Source: Dehalococcoidia bacterium
GTDB lineage: Bacteria > Chloroflexota > Dehalococcoidia > Bin125
Length of the DNA: 64,000 nt
Direction: 5' to 3'
Assembly: GCA_963663235.2 (NCBI GenBank)
Contig: CAXXNO010000009.1
Coordinates: forward strand, 32,001 to 96,000
Shown here: piece after piece, positions 18,397 to 28,050 of the stretch
Layout of the letters: each line of letters begins with the position of its first letter
How positions within the stretch are numbered: position 1 is the stretch's first letter
Translations under genes and position numbers: made by a program
Notes under the pieces: generated by a model
The model's input: only the letters and a program-made list of their open reading frames with translations
Told to the model about the DNA's origin: nothing
Databases searched by the model: none

Positions 18397-21029
18397 CGGA
18401 TCAGCTCCTGTAGTTGGGACAAAGTGACGCGCGCGACCTGTCGATCATGCGCGCGCAACGATTCGAGGTCGCCCAAGGCCTGCGCCCGTGAGAGCTCGCC
18501 GAAGGTGTACGGCTGTCCAGGAATCGGCACGTCCACGCCGCCCTCGTCGACGACCTGGATGAAAATGCCGTTGTTGCGGCCGCCCTTGTGGTATTGCCCG
18601 GTGGAGTGGAGGAAACGCGGGCCGTAGCCCACGGTGGTAGCGACCCGCAAGCGATCGCGCAGGGCCAGGCGCACGGCCTGGAGGTGGACATCGACCTCGG
18701 GGCGGCGGGGCAGATAGGCGAGGATGGCGACGTAGTCACCGAGCCGGACCTGGTTAAGCAGATCCTCCAGCGCCGGCGTCTCCGGCACGGCCGCGCCTTC
18801 CTTCAAGATCCGCGCAGTCGCATCCTTGGCCTCCTGCACGTTCGGCTGGTCGAAGGGGTCGATGCTGAGGAGATAGCCCGCCACGGCGGTGGCGAAGGCC
18901 CAGCGGATGAACCCGCCGCCGATCTGGTCCGGCTCCGAGTAGGGCAAGCGGACGACGGGGTGGCCCGCGGCGGCGAGCGCCTCGAGACCTTCGTGGTCCC
19001 CCACGGCGACGAACAGGCGGTCGTCGCCGTAGACCTCGGGCGCACCCAGCGGCTCTCCCTCCACCGGGAGGATCCCCGTCCCCTCCTTGCCGGTGGATTC
19101 GGCGATGAGTTGTTCCACCCAGGTGCCGAAAGTCGCGACGGGCGGCGGGAGGACAAACGTGAGCTTGTCCCGCCCGAACAGCGCGGCCGTCCCGATGATC
19201 GCTCCCAGCCAGGCGCCCGGGTTGTCGTTGATCGAGACGCAGGGATGGCAAGCGTGGAGCATCTCGTGCGCCTGATCCAGCAAGTGGCCGATATCGGCGC
19301 CGATCAAGGCGGCGGGCACCATTCCGAAGTAGGAGATGGCGGAGTAGCGGCCGCCGATATCGCTGCGGTTCAGAAACACGCGGCGGAACTTGCGTGCGCG
19401 GGCTTCGTGTTCGAGCGAGGTGCCGGGGTCCGTGATGGCGATGAAGTGGCTGCCGTCGGGCACGATGTTCCAGAAGTAGGCGAGCTGCGACAGCGTCTCG
19501 ATGGTTGCGCCGGACTTGCTGGCGACGATAAACAGGGTCCGGTCCCGGTCGATCCGTTGCTCCAGGGCGCGGATGCTCTCGGGCAGGGTGGTGTCCAGGA
19601 TTTCGAGTCGCAGGGCGCCGGGCGCCACACCACAGGTCGCCTGCAAGACCTCCGGCGCCAGGCTCGATCCGCCCATGCCCAGCAACACCGCGGTGTCGAA
19701 CCCCGCGCCCGCCACCTCCTGGGCCAAGCGCTGAAGGTCAGGCACCTCGTCCATCATCTCGTCGACGACGGTGATCCAGCCCAGCCGGTCGGGGATCTCG
19801 CGCGGCTCCAGCTTCCACAAGGTGTAGTCGCCGGCCCAGAGACGATGCACGACCTCCTGCTGCTCCAGCGCCTGCAGGCGGGTCTCGACCCGCGGGGCGA
19901 GATCGGCGAGCCGTGCGGAGTGCCGCGGCTTTCCGGCCGGCAAGGCCGTGAGCGAGTCGCCGATGCAGGAGAGCAGGCCCTCAAAGTCGGCGGCGAAGGA
20001 GGCCAGTCCGTCTCGCAACAAGCGATCGGTCGTCGCGCCGAGGTCGACGCCTTCGGCGTGAAGGGCGTCGAGCGTTTGCGCGGCGGCGTCCAGGGCGCCA
20101 TCGACCGCGCGGGGGTCGACGCGGCCGTGGTCGACGAAGGCGAGGAGCGTCGTCTCCGGCACGGTGTTCACCGTGTCGGGCGCGATCAACCCATCGACGT
20201 AGAGGAGATCGGGGTAGGCCTTGTTTTTGGTGCTGGTGGAGGCCCACAGCGGGCGCTGCAGACGCGCGCCCGCCGAGGCGAGAGTCTCCCAGCGCGGGCC
20301 GCTGAACAGATCGCGGTAGCGGCGGTAGGCGAAACGCGCATTGGCGATCGCCGCCGTACCGCGCAGAGGCGAATCCTCGGGCAGTTGCGCGTCGACGGCG
20401 GTATCGACCCGCGAGACGAAGAACGAGGCCACGCCGGCGATCCCCGCGAGCGGCCGGCGCGCCTCCAAGCGCCGCTCCAGGCCCGCCATGTAGGCCTGGG
20501 CGACCTGTTCGTAGACCGCCACGCTAAAAAGCAGCGTGACGTTGACGTTGATCCCCTCGGCGATCAGGTCCTCCAGGGCGCGGACACCCGCCGGCGTGCC
20601 CGGGACCTTAATCATCAGATTAGGCCGGTCCACCATCTGGAACAGCCGGGTGGCTTCGGCCACCGTGCCGGCGTGATCGTTCGCCAGGCTGGGCGCGACC
20701 TCCAGGGAGACGTAGCCGTCGGCGCGGTCCGTGCGATCGTAGACGGGGCGCAAGACGTCCGCGGCCAGGCGCATGTCGTCCACGGCCAAGCGAGCGAACA
20801 CGTCGATCGGCTCCGTGGCACCGGCGGCCGCGATGGCGTGGAGCGCGTCATCGTAGTCGGTGGAGCCGGAGATCGCCTTGGCGAAGATCGTCGGGTTGGA
20901 GGTGAGGCCGGTGATCCAGCCGTCGCGGACGTAGCGGGCCAGCGCGCCCGAGGTCACAAAGCCGCGCCGGATGAAATCCAGCCACAGACTCTGTCCCGCC
21001 TGACTCAGAGCCTGAATGGAAGTCGACAT
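18393..21029 (-). CDS. tal-pgi: Bifunctional transaldolase / phosphoglucose isomerase
   Basis: N-terminal TSNPTIF, IKVPGT, FVSRVD, LWASTSTK. C-terminal GMGGSSL, SKSG, GGRYS, ESTGK, PFDQPNV. Confidence 0.93.
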   Translation of the reverse strand: MSTSIQALSQAGQSLWLDFIRRGFVTSGALARYVRDGWITGLTSNPTIFAKAISGSTDYDDALHAIAAAGATEPIDVFARLAVDDMRLAADVLRPVYDRTDRADGYVSLEVAPSLANDHAGTVAEATRLFQMVDRPNLMIKVPGTPAGVRALEDLIAEGINVNVTLLFSVAVYEQVAQAYMAGLERRLEARRPLAGIAGVASFFVSRVDTAVDAQLPEDSPLRGTAAIANARFAYRRYRDLFSGPRWETLASAGARLQRPLWASTSTKNKAYPDLLYVDGLIAPDTVNTVPETTLLAFVDHGRVDPRAVDGALDAAAQTLDALHAEGVDLGATTDRLLRDGLASFAADFEGLLSCIGDSLTALPAGKPRHSARLADLAPRVETRLQALEQQEVVHRLWAGDYTLWKLEPREIPDRLGWITVVDEMMDEVPDLQRLAQEVAGAGFDTAVLLGMGGSSLAPEVLQATCGVAPGALRLEILDTTLPESIRALEQRIDRDRTLFIVASKSGATIETLSQLAYFWNIVPDGSHFIAITDPGTSLEHEARARKFRRVFLNRSDIGGRYSAISYFGMVPAALIGADIGHLLDQAHEMLHACHPCVSINDNPGAWLGAIIGTAALFGRDKLTFVLPPPVATFGTWVEQLIAESTGKEGTGILPVEGEPLGAPEVYGDDRLFVAVGDHEGLEALAAAGHPVVRLPYSEPDQIGGGFIRWAFATAVAGYLLSIDPFDQPNVQEAKDATARILKEGAAVPETPALEDLLNQVRLGDYVAILAYLPRRPEVDVHLQAVRLALRDRLRVATTVGYGPRFLHSTGQYHKGGRNNGIFIQVVDEGGVDVPIPGQPYTFGELSRAQALGDLESLRAHDRQVARVTLSQLQELIR

Positions 21030-21032
21030 GGC

Positions 21033-21491
21033 TCACTCCCGTCGCAGATAGCGCTCCTCGATGGCTTGCACCTTGCGGAGGCGGCGCACATGCCGCTCGG
21101 CCCCGGAGAAGGTCGCCGCCTGCCAGACGCGCACGATCTCCACAGCGAGGCTGGGACCGATGACGCGAGCGCCGAGGCAGAGGACGTTCATGTCGTCATC
21201 TTCAACGCCCTGGCGGGCGGAAAACGTATCGTGGCAGAGGCCGGCGCGGACTCCCGGCGTCTTATTCGCCGCCACCGAAGCGCCGACGCCGCTGCCGCAT
21301 ATCAGCAGCCCCCGCTCCGCCTGCGCCGCCGCGACCGCGCCGGCCACGGCGTCCGCGTAGTCAGGATAATCCACGGCCTCGGTGCTGTCGGTCCCGAGGT
21401 CCAAGACCTCGTGGCCCAAGCGTCGGAACTCCTCCGCGATCTCGGCTTTGAGAGGGAACCCGGCATGGTCCACGCCCAGGGCGACTCGCAT
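21033..21491 (-). CDS. rpiB: Ribose 5-phosphate isomerase B
   Basis: [37 protein letters not shown]. Confidence 0.95.
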   Translation of the reverse strand: MRVALGVDHAGFPLKAEIAEEFRRLGHEVLDLGTDSTEAVDYPDYADAVAGAVAAAQAERGLLICGSGVGASVAANKTPGVRAGLCHDTFSARQGVEDDDMNVLCLGARVIGPSLAVEIVRVWQAATFSGAERHVRRLRKVQAIEERYLRRE

Positions 21492-21492
21492 G

Positions 21493-23523
21493 TCAGCCGG
21501 CCTCCCGGGAGAACTGCTCGGCCCGCGCCGCCGCCCGTTCCGCCACGCGCTGGGCGGTGAGACCGAACTCCTTGAACAACTCCTCGGCGGGGGCCGAAGC
21601 GCCGAAGTGGTCGAGCGCCACGACATCGCCGTGGTCGCCCACGTAGTGGCGCCAGCCCTGCGGCGACGCCGCCTCCACGGAGACGCGCACCCGCACGTCC
21701 GGGGGCAACACCGCATTTCTCGTCGATTGGAGCTGCTCCTCGAAGAGCTCCCAGCTGGGCATACTCACGACCCGCGCGCGCAGGCCCCGTTGCGCGAGCA
21801 GATCGCGCGCGGCGAGGGCGATCGAGACCTCGGATCCCGTGGCCAGCAGGAGGAGATCGGGTGAGCCGGAGCCGGCATCGGTGTCGGCATCGGCGAGCAC
21901 GTACGCGCCCTGCGCCACGCCGGCATTGACCCGATCGACATCGTCGAGGACGGGCAGTTTCTGGCGAGTCAGCACGAGGACCGAGGGGCCGGGCCGGGTG
22001 ATGGCGAGGCGCCAGCAGGCGGCCGTCTCGTTGGCGTCGGCGGGGCGGAAGACAGTGAGCCCCGGGATCGCTCGCAGCGAGGCGAGGTGCTCAATGGGCT
22101 GATGCGTGGGGCCATCCTCCCCGAGGCCGATGCTGTCGTGCGTGAAGATGAAGACGACGTGCGCCTCCTGCAGCGCAGCGAGGCGGAGCGCCGGCCGCAT
22201 GTAGTCAGAGAAGACCAAGAAGGTCGCCGCGTAGGGGATGACGCCACCGTGCAGCGCCATGCCGTTGACGATGTTGCCCATCGCGTGCTCGCGCACGCCG
22301 AAGTGGATGTTGTGGCCGCACCATTCGTCGAGGCCGAGGTCGCCGTAGCCTTGCAAGTACGTGTTGGTGGAGGGGGCGAGGTCGGCCGATCCGCCCACCA
22401 GGGTCTGCAGGCGCTCGATCAGCGCGTTGAGCACCTTCCCCGACGCCTGGCGCGTGGCCATTCCGCCATCGGCGGACGAGAACGCCGGGAGGGCGTCCGC
22501 CCACCCGTCGGGGAGCGAACCGGCGGTCACGGCGCGCAGCGATCGGGCGTCGTCCGGGTAGGCGCGCTCATAGGCGGCATAGCGGTCGTTCCACTCATCC
22601 TCCCAGCGGCGGCCACGGTCCAGCGCGTTGCGGAACTCGCTCAGCGCGTCGTCCGGCACGAAGAAGGCCGGCTCCTCGGGCCAGCCCAGAGCGCGCTTCG
22701 TGCGCCGCACTTCTTCATCGCCCAGCGGCGCGCCGTGCACCTCGGGCGTGCCGGCGCGGGCGGGGCTGCCGAAGCCGATCACGGTGCGGGCCATGATCAG
22801 CGAGGGCCTGGCCGTTTCGGCGCGGGCCCGCTCGATGGCGGCGGCGACGGCTTCCACGTCGTTGCCGTCGACGCGCTGCACGTGCCAGTCGTAGGCCTGG
22901 AAGCGGCGACCGACTTGCTCCGTGAAGGCGATCTCGGTGCCGCCCTCGATGGAGATGCCGTTGTCGTCGTAGAGGTAGATGAGCTTGCCGAGGCCGAGCG
23001 TGCCCGCCAGGCTGGCCGCCTCCGACGACACGCCCTCCATGAGGTCGCCGTCGCTGACGATGCCGTAGACGTAGTGGTCCACGACATCAAACCGCGGCCG
23101 GTTGAAGTGCTCAGCGAGGAAGCGTTCCGCCACGGCCATGCCCACGCCCATCGCGAAGCCCGCGCCGAGCGGTCCCGTGGTGAGCTCGACGCCGGGCGTG
23201 AGGCCGCGCTCCGGGTGGCCGGGGGTCTTGCTGCCCAACTGCCGGAAGCGCTGCAGCTCCTCCAGCGGCAAGTCGTAGCCGGTCAGAGCGAGGAGGGCGT
23301 ACAGGAGCAAGGAAGCGTGCCCGGGAGAGAGCACGAAGCGATCCCGGTCCGGCCAGTCGGGATTGGCGGGATTGTGGCGGAGGAAGCGGGTCCACAGCGT
23401 GTACGCCATAGCGGCCGCGCCCATGGGTGTGCCGGGATGCCCGGAGTTCGCCTTTTGCACGGCGTCCATCGCCAGCGTCCGGATCGTGTTGATGCAGCGC
23501 TCGTCGAGTGGAGAGTTGGCCAC
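21493..23523 (-). CDS. tkt: Transketolase
   Basis: [45 protein letters not shown] start at 23523. Confidence 0.97.
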   Translation of the reverse strand: MANSPLDERCINTIRTLAMDAVQKANSGHPGTPMGAAAMAYTLWTRFLRHNPANPDWPDRDRFVLSPGHASLLLYALLALTGYDLPLEELQRFRQLGSKTPGHPERGLTPGVELTTGPLGAGFAMGVGMAVAERFLAEHFNRPRFDVVDHYVYGIVSDGDLMEGVSSEAASLAGTLGLGKLIYLYDDNGISIEGGTEIAFTEQVGRRFQAYDWHVQRVDGNDVEAVAAAIERARAETARPSLIMARTVIGFGSPARAGTPEVHGAPLGDEEVRRTKRALGWPEEPAFFVPDDALSEFRNALDRGRRWEDEWNDRYAAYERAYPDDARSLRAVTAGSLPDGWADALPAFSSADGGMATRQASGKVLNALIERLQTLVGGSADLAPSTNTYLQGYGDLGLDEWCGHNIHFGVREHAMGNIVNGMALHGGVIPYAATFLVFSDYMRPALRLAALQEAHVVFIFTHDSIGLGEDGPTHQPIEHLASLRAIPGLTVFRPADANETAACWRLAITRPGPSVLVLTRQKLPVLDDVDRVNAGVAQGAYVLADADTDAGSGSPDLLLLATGSEVSIALAARDLLAQRGLRARVVSMPSWELFEEQLQSTRNAVLPPDVRVRVSVEAASPQGWRHYVGDHGDVVALDHFGASAPAEELFKEFGLTAQRVAERAAARAEQFSREAG

Positions 23524-23677
23524 GTCGCCCTCCCCTTTCCCCAGGTATGGCCCACCGAGTCTACGGAGCCGCCGGTCCGTCAACAATCAGCCGGGCCAAG
23601 CCCTTTTTCCCAACGCCGCCGTGCCGACCCGCCATCGCATCCGCCACGGACCGTTGTGCCACCCGGCGATCCGGCCA

Positions 23678-24277
23678 TCAATCGTGAACGAAGCGCGTGG
23701 CCTGCCGGTCCTTGGCGTCCGGCGGCAAGTGCAGAAAGCGCAGGCGAAGCTCATCCCAGAGCGCCAGGCGGGTCCAGTCGGGCGGGGAGAGATTGTGGTC
23801 GTCGTCGTCGAGGAAGGGGTTGGGCAAGAAGACGGTCAACTGCTGCTCGTCCTTGCCGTTGAAGAGCCGCAGCCCCCAACTCACCGGATTCCCGTCAGGT
23901 CCCAGCCGCCGGTAGAGCTCCGCGCGCGCCGTGCGGCGGTGTCGCGCCAGTTCCGGAGCGACGGGGTTGCGCGCGGATCCCTTGTGCTCGCCGATGCAGA
24001 TGTGAAGGTGCCAGTGGCCGAAATCGACGGTGAGGTAGCCGTCCAGCATCGCCACACGCGCCGGGGGCGAGGGCGCCCGAATCTCGAAGACCGCGCCCTG
24101 GATCAAGGTGCCGAAACGGATGTCCGCCCAGCGCTGCTGGAACAGATCCTTCAAGAGCGCCAGCAGTGTGGGCTCCGAAGTATCGAGCGGGAAGAGATCC
24201 AGCGTGCCGTTGCCCGGCTCATGGACCGTGCGGCCAGCGGCGGCGGCCTCGCCCGAGGCGCTCTCCGTAGTGGGCAT
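23678..24277 (-). CDS. Conserved-looking hypothetical protein, last gene of the nitrile hydratase operon
   Basis: 199-aa ORF whose start overlaps the upstream stop (TGATG). Motifs HWHLHICIGEH and SWGLRLFNGKDEQQLTVFLPNPFL. Confidence 0.8.
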   Translation of the reverse strand: MPTTESASGEAAAAGRTVHEPGNGTLDLFPLDTSEPTLLALLKDLFQQRWADIRFGTLIQGAVFEIRAPSPPARVAMLDGYLTVDFGHWHLHICIGEHKGSARNPVAPELARHRRTARAELYRRLGPDGNPVSWGLRLFNGKDEQQLTVFLPNPFLDDDDHNLSPPDWTRLALWDELRLRFLHLPPDAKDRQATRFVHD

Positions 24278-25125
24278 CAGAACACGTCGTCGCGCTCGCC
24301 GAACTCGAACTCGCTGGTCCGTTCGACGATCTCATCGTCCGTCAGGATGCCCCGGCCGGTGAGGACCGATTCGAAGGCGCCGAGCCAGCACTTGTAGTAA
24401 TCGAAGGGCTCATCACCGGCCTCAGCGGAGGCGATGCGCCCGATGAGGCCCCGGCGGAAGTCGTCCCAGTCGTAGAGTTGGTCTTCGTGCAGGGCCGCCG
24501 CCATCCCAAACGCCCGGCCCTCCCACGGCGCCTGGAAAACCAACTCGCCGTTCTTGCGGGGCATCGCCGCCGCGCCCTGCATGTCGGCGACGATCCGGCC
24601 GGGATCGGACGCATCGGCTCCGTTCGCTCCGTGGCTGACCGCGCAGGCATCCATCAATTCGGGGCGGGCGTCTCGGCCGCGCCAGCGGCGTCGATCGTCG
24701 AGGGGCTCGCCATCGGGCCGGTCCTGCCAGGCCGAGGCGGTGAACTGGAGTTGCGCGAGCGACAGCGGAGGCGCGAGGTAGTCGTCCGCGTCCAGCATCG
24801 CCTCGATGTAGTCGTAGAGATCAAGGATGAGCGTTTCCGAATTGACGGAGTGAAACCAGAGCGTCCGGCCATCGAAGAGCAGCAGCGCCACGTTGGCGAG
24901 GGCGCAGGGTCCAAGGCAGCCGCCGATGGTGAGATGCACGAAGTTGCGCAGGCGGCGGCGTTCCCACTCCTCGTGATAGAGGTCGACCGGCACGGGGGCG
25001 AAACCGTCCTCGGTGCGGCCGCAGCAGCAGGCGGAGGCGCAGACAAACAGTTGGCCGCGAGCGCGGGCGACGTTCACCAGCACGCCGTCCACGCGAGTGA
25101 CCAGATTGCGGTTGCGGTCGTACAC
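24277..25125 (-). CDS. Fusion: Cys-rich thioredoxin-like/ferredoxin-like domain plus nitrile hydratase accessory (activator) domain
   Basis: N-terminal CASACCCG..GGCLGPC. C-terminal PRKNGELVFQAPWEGRAFGMA..WDDFR..YYKCWLGAFE (beta-subunit-like activator pattern). One continuous 282-aa frame. Confidence 0.85.
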   Translation of the reverse strand: MYDRNRNLVTRVDGVLVNVARARGQLFVCASACCCGRTEDGFAPVPVDLYHEEWERRRLRNFVHLTIGGCLGPCALANVALLLFDGRTLWFHSVNSETLILDLYDYIEAMLDADDYLAPPLSLAQLQFTASAWQDRPDGEPLDDRRRWRGRDARPELMDACAVSHGANGADASDPGRIVADMQGAAAMPRKNGELVFQAPWEGRAFGMAAALHEDQLYDWDDFRRGLIGRIASAEAGDEPFDYYKCWLGAFESVLTGRGILTDDEIVERTSEFEFGERDDVF

Positions 25126-25134
25126 GGCCGTCGC

Positions 25135-25734
25135 TCAGCCGACCAGCGCGGGCGAAGGGACATCGGCCACGCCGATCATGGCGTCGCGGGTGACGAGCGG
25201 CACCAGCTCCTCCTCGCTCAGCCGCTCCGTGCCGGGAGGCCGCTGCGGCAGCACCATGTAGCGCAGCTCGGCGCTGCTGTCCCAGACGCGGATTTCGCGC
25301 GCGTCATCGATCTCCAGCCCGAACTCCCGCAGCACGCTGCGTGGCTCGATGACGACGCGCGAGCGGTAAGGCGGCGACTTGTACCAGGCGGGCGGCAGGC
25401 CCAGCACCGGCCAGGGATAGCAGGAGCAAAGCGTACAGACGACGACGTTGTGCACATCCGGGGTGTTCTCCACCACGTTGAGCATGTCGTACCTCAGGCC
25501 AAACTGGGCCAGCGCCTCGGCGGAGTTGTCCAGAAGCAGCCGCTTGTACGCGGGATCGACCCAGGCGCGGGCCACAGCGCGGGCGCCGATCATGGGGCCG
25601 GTGTCGTCCTGGAAGCGGCCGACCACCTTGTCGACCGTGTCGGAGGCGAGGATGCCCTTCTCCAGCAGCAGCGACTCCAGCGCCCGCACGCGGGAGGCCA
25701 CGTACGGCTCCACGTTGGGATGGTTCTTGCCCAT
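25135..25734 (-). CDS. nthA: Nitrile hydratase alpha subunit, cobalt type
   Basis: [10 protein letters not shown] metal-site motif (Thr/Tyr indicate Co-type), [21 protein letters not shown]. Confidence 0.96.
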   Translation of the reverse strand: MGKNHPNVEPYVASRVRALESLLLEKGILASDTVDKVVGRFQDDTGPMIGARAVARAWVDPAYKRLLLDNSAEALAQFGLRYDMLNVVENTPDVHNVVVCTLCSCYPWPVLGLPPAWYKSPPYRSRVVIEPRSVLREFGLEIDDAREIRVWDSSAELRYMVLPQRPPGTERLSEEELVPLVTRDAMIGVADVPSPALVG

Positions 25735-25770
25735 GCCTTCAGCCTTTCACCGCTCTAAACGGGCGCCGCC

Positions 25771-26454
25771 TCAGGCGGGCAGCAGATAGGTCTCCCACAG
25801 ATCGAGGTAGAGCGCCTCGCGGCCTTCGACCGACTCGCCCCACAGATCGCGCGCGTCGAAGCGGACGCTGTAGACGGGCTGCGGCTCCTCGCCGCGCTCG
25901 TGCGCGTTGGCATCCGGGAAGACGAAGACGCCGTGCAGGCGATCGATGACGCCGCGCTTGCCCCGCGCGTATCGAGGCAGGCGGGTGTGCGCGTGGGGCT
26001 GGATGTTCCTGGTGACCACGGCGTCGCCCAGCGCGAAGCGGGGTGGGGCCGCAGCGGGGCGGCGGAAGGGGTGGGTCCCGGACGTCGTGGCGGGGGGCTG
26101 GAACGGCTCCCCCGACGCCGACGAAGCGGCCGGGGCGGGCGTCGCGTCCGGGTTGTCTTGGATGAGGGCGGTGCGCCGGTCCAACTCCTCCTCGGTGACC
26201 ACGCCCTTCTCGGTGAGCACACGGGTCATGCCAGCGAGCCAGCGCTCGTAGTAGGTGGAAGCGAGGTAGCGGGCGGGTTGCATGCGCTCGATGCCGTGGC
26301 GGAACTCATCGAGGTTGTAGGCGCGGGCGCGGAGCAGGCCGAAGTTGAGGCCGCAAACGGTGCGCTCCCAAGCGTCGTGGAAGACGGGCTCGTTCTCCTC
26401 GCGCTCGACAGGGCCGAAGCCGTGCATGCCGCCCATGTCGTGCACGCTGTTCAT
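25771..26454 (-). CDS. nthB: Nitrile hydratase beta subunit
   Basis: MNSVHDMGGMHGFG, FRHGIERM, YYERW, HTRLPRYARGK, DLWETYL. GGAGGAGG RBS. Confidence 0.96.
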   Translation of the reverse strand: MNSVHDMGGMHGFGPVEREENEPVFHDAWERTVCGLNFGLLRARAYNLDEFRHGIERMQPARYLASTYYERWLAGMTRVLTEKGVVTEEELDRRTALIQDNPDATPAPAASSASGEPFQPPATTSGTHPFRRPAAAPPRFALGDAVVTRNIQPHAHTRLPRYARGKRGVIDRLHGVFVFPDANAHERGEEPQPVYSVRFDARDLWGESVEGREALYLDLWETYLLPA

Positions 26455-26486
26455 CGCCCCTCCTCCCAGCGACCGGAACGGGTCCG

Positions 26487-26492
26487 AGTATA
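26487..26492 (-). promoter_or_regulatory. Putative -10 box (TATACT) of the nth operon
   Basis: TATACT on the minus strand 32 nt upstream of the nthB ATG in a very GC-rich context. Confidence 0.45.
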
Positions 26493-26577
26493 CAGCGGGC
26501 CGGAGTGGACGGCCCGCGTGGACGGCCGAGGGCGGCGCTGCTAGCCTCGCCCGGCCGCGGAAGGATTTGCTCTGACC

Positions 26578-27984
26578 ATGGCAGCAGGCAGCGCGGAGCT
26601 GGCCTTCGCGTCGATCGAGGAGGTCGCCGGGCGCATCGCGCGTCGCGAGGTCTCACCCGTCGAGATCACCGACCTGATGCTGGCCCGCATCGAGGAACAC
26701 AACCCGACGATCAACGCCTTCTACACCGTGTTCCGGGACGCCGCGCAGGCCAGCGCCCGCGCGGCGGAGGCGGAGATCGCGGCGGGGAACTATCGCGGGC
26801 CGCTGCACGGGATCCCCATCGGCATCAAGGACATCTACGAAACCGGGCCCACGACCTGCGGCTGCGCGGCCCTGGAGCACTACGTGGCGGAGCGCGACTG
26901 CGCCCCCGTCCAGCGCCTGAAGGCAGCGGGCGCCATCATCCTGGGCAAGACGGCCACCTACGAGTTCGCGTTCGGGGTGCAGACCTTGGCGTCCCACTTC
27001 AAGCCGACGCGCAACGCCTGGGACCTCACGCGGGAGTGCGGCGGATCGAGCAGCGGGACCGCGGGCGCGATCGCGGCGGGGCTGGCGTACGCGGGGATGG
27101 GCACCTGCACAGGCGGGTCGATCCGCTGGCCCGCCCAGTGCTGCTTCCACGTGGGGCTCAAGCCGACCTACGGACGGGTGAGCCGCGCCGGCGTGTACCC
27201 GCTCTCGTGGAGCCTGGACCATGTGGGGCCGCTGGCGCGGACCGTGACGGACGGCGCGCACATGCTGCAAGGCTGCGCCGGCTACGACCGCGACGACCCC
27301 GCCTCCGCGAACGTGCCCGTGCCCGACTTCACAGCGAAGATGGGACGGGAGATCGCGGGAATGAAGATCGGGCTACTGCGCGGCCTGTACGAAGAGCGCT
27401 GCGACCCCAAAGTGCGCGCGACGTTCGAGGCGGCGATCCCGGTGTTCGAGCGATTGGGCGCGGAGATCATCGACGTGCCCACGGTATCCCACGAGCAACT
27501 CTCGGCGGTGGTGCTGCCCCTGCTCTGGGCCGACGCCGGCGCCATCCACGTGAACAACCTGCGAGCGCACGGCGATCGGTACAACCCCCACACGCGGCAA
27601 CTGATGACCTGGGGGCTGCTCTACGACAGCACGGCCTACTTGAACGCCTGCCGGGCACGCGCGCAGATCCGCGACGGGCTCCTGGCGGCGCTGAGCGAGA
27701 CGGTCGACGTGCTGCTGATCCCGACCGTCGGATTCCAGGGGCCCGGGCCCGTGCCGGAGCAGGTCGTCAGCATGAGCATGCGCATCGTGCGGGGGGCGCT
27801 GTACACGGGGCTGTTCAACATCACGGGCCTGCCCGCGATCCAAGTACCGTGCGGCTTCGACGCCGACGGGTTGCCGGTGGGCTTGCAGATCGCGGCGAAG
27901 CCGTTCGACGAACCAACGATGCTGCAGGTGGCCCACGCCTACGAGCAAGCGGCCGGCTGGTACAAACAACACGCGGAGATCTGA
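26578..27984 (+). CDS. Amidase-signature family amidase (paralog 3), divergent from nthB
   Basis: GIKDIY, GGSSSG, GTCTGGSIRWPA, GLKPTYGRVS. Confidence 0.9.
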   Translation: MAAGSAELAFASIEEVAGRIARREVSPVEITDLMLARIEEHNPTINAFYTVFRDAAQASARAAEAEIAAGNYRGPLHGIPIGIKDIYETGPTTCGCAALEHYVAERDCAPVQRLKAAGAIILGKTATYEFAFGVQTLASHFKPTRNAWDLTRECGGSSSGTAGAIAAGLAYAGMGTCTGGSIRWPAQCCFHVGLKPTYGRVSRAGVYPLSWSLDHVGPLARTVTDGAHMLQGCAGYDRDDPASANVPVPDFTAKMGREIAGMKIGLLRGLYEERCDPKVRATFEAAIPVFERLGAEIIDVPTVSHEQLSAVVLPLLWADAGAIHVNNLRAHGDRYNPHTRQLMTWGLLYDSTAYLNACRARAQIRDGLLAALSETVDVLLIPTVGFQGPGPVPEQVVSMSMRIVRGALYTGLFNITGLPAIQVPCGFDADGLPVGLQIAAKPFDEPTMLQVAHAYEQAAGWYKQHAEI

Positions 27985-28050
27985 GCGCCGCCGCAGCCGC
28001 TGCCGTGCGCTATGATCCGCGCCAGAGCCGATGCGCGGAAGGCGATCCCC

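Noticed and set aside
18588-21560. 990-aa plus-strand ORF and similar long antisense ORFs (8751..11141, 39217..41958, 13368..15374, 51774..53741)
   Set aside because: Shadow frames opposite well-supported genes in high-GC DNA, with no recognisable motifs.
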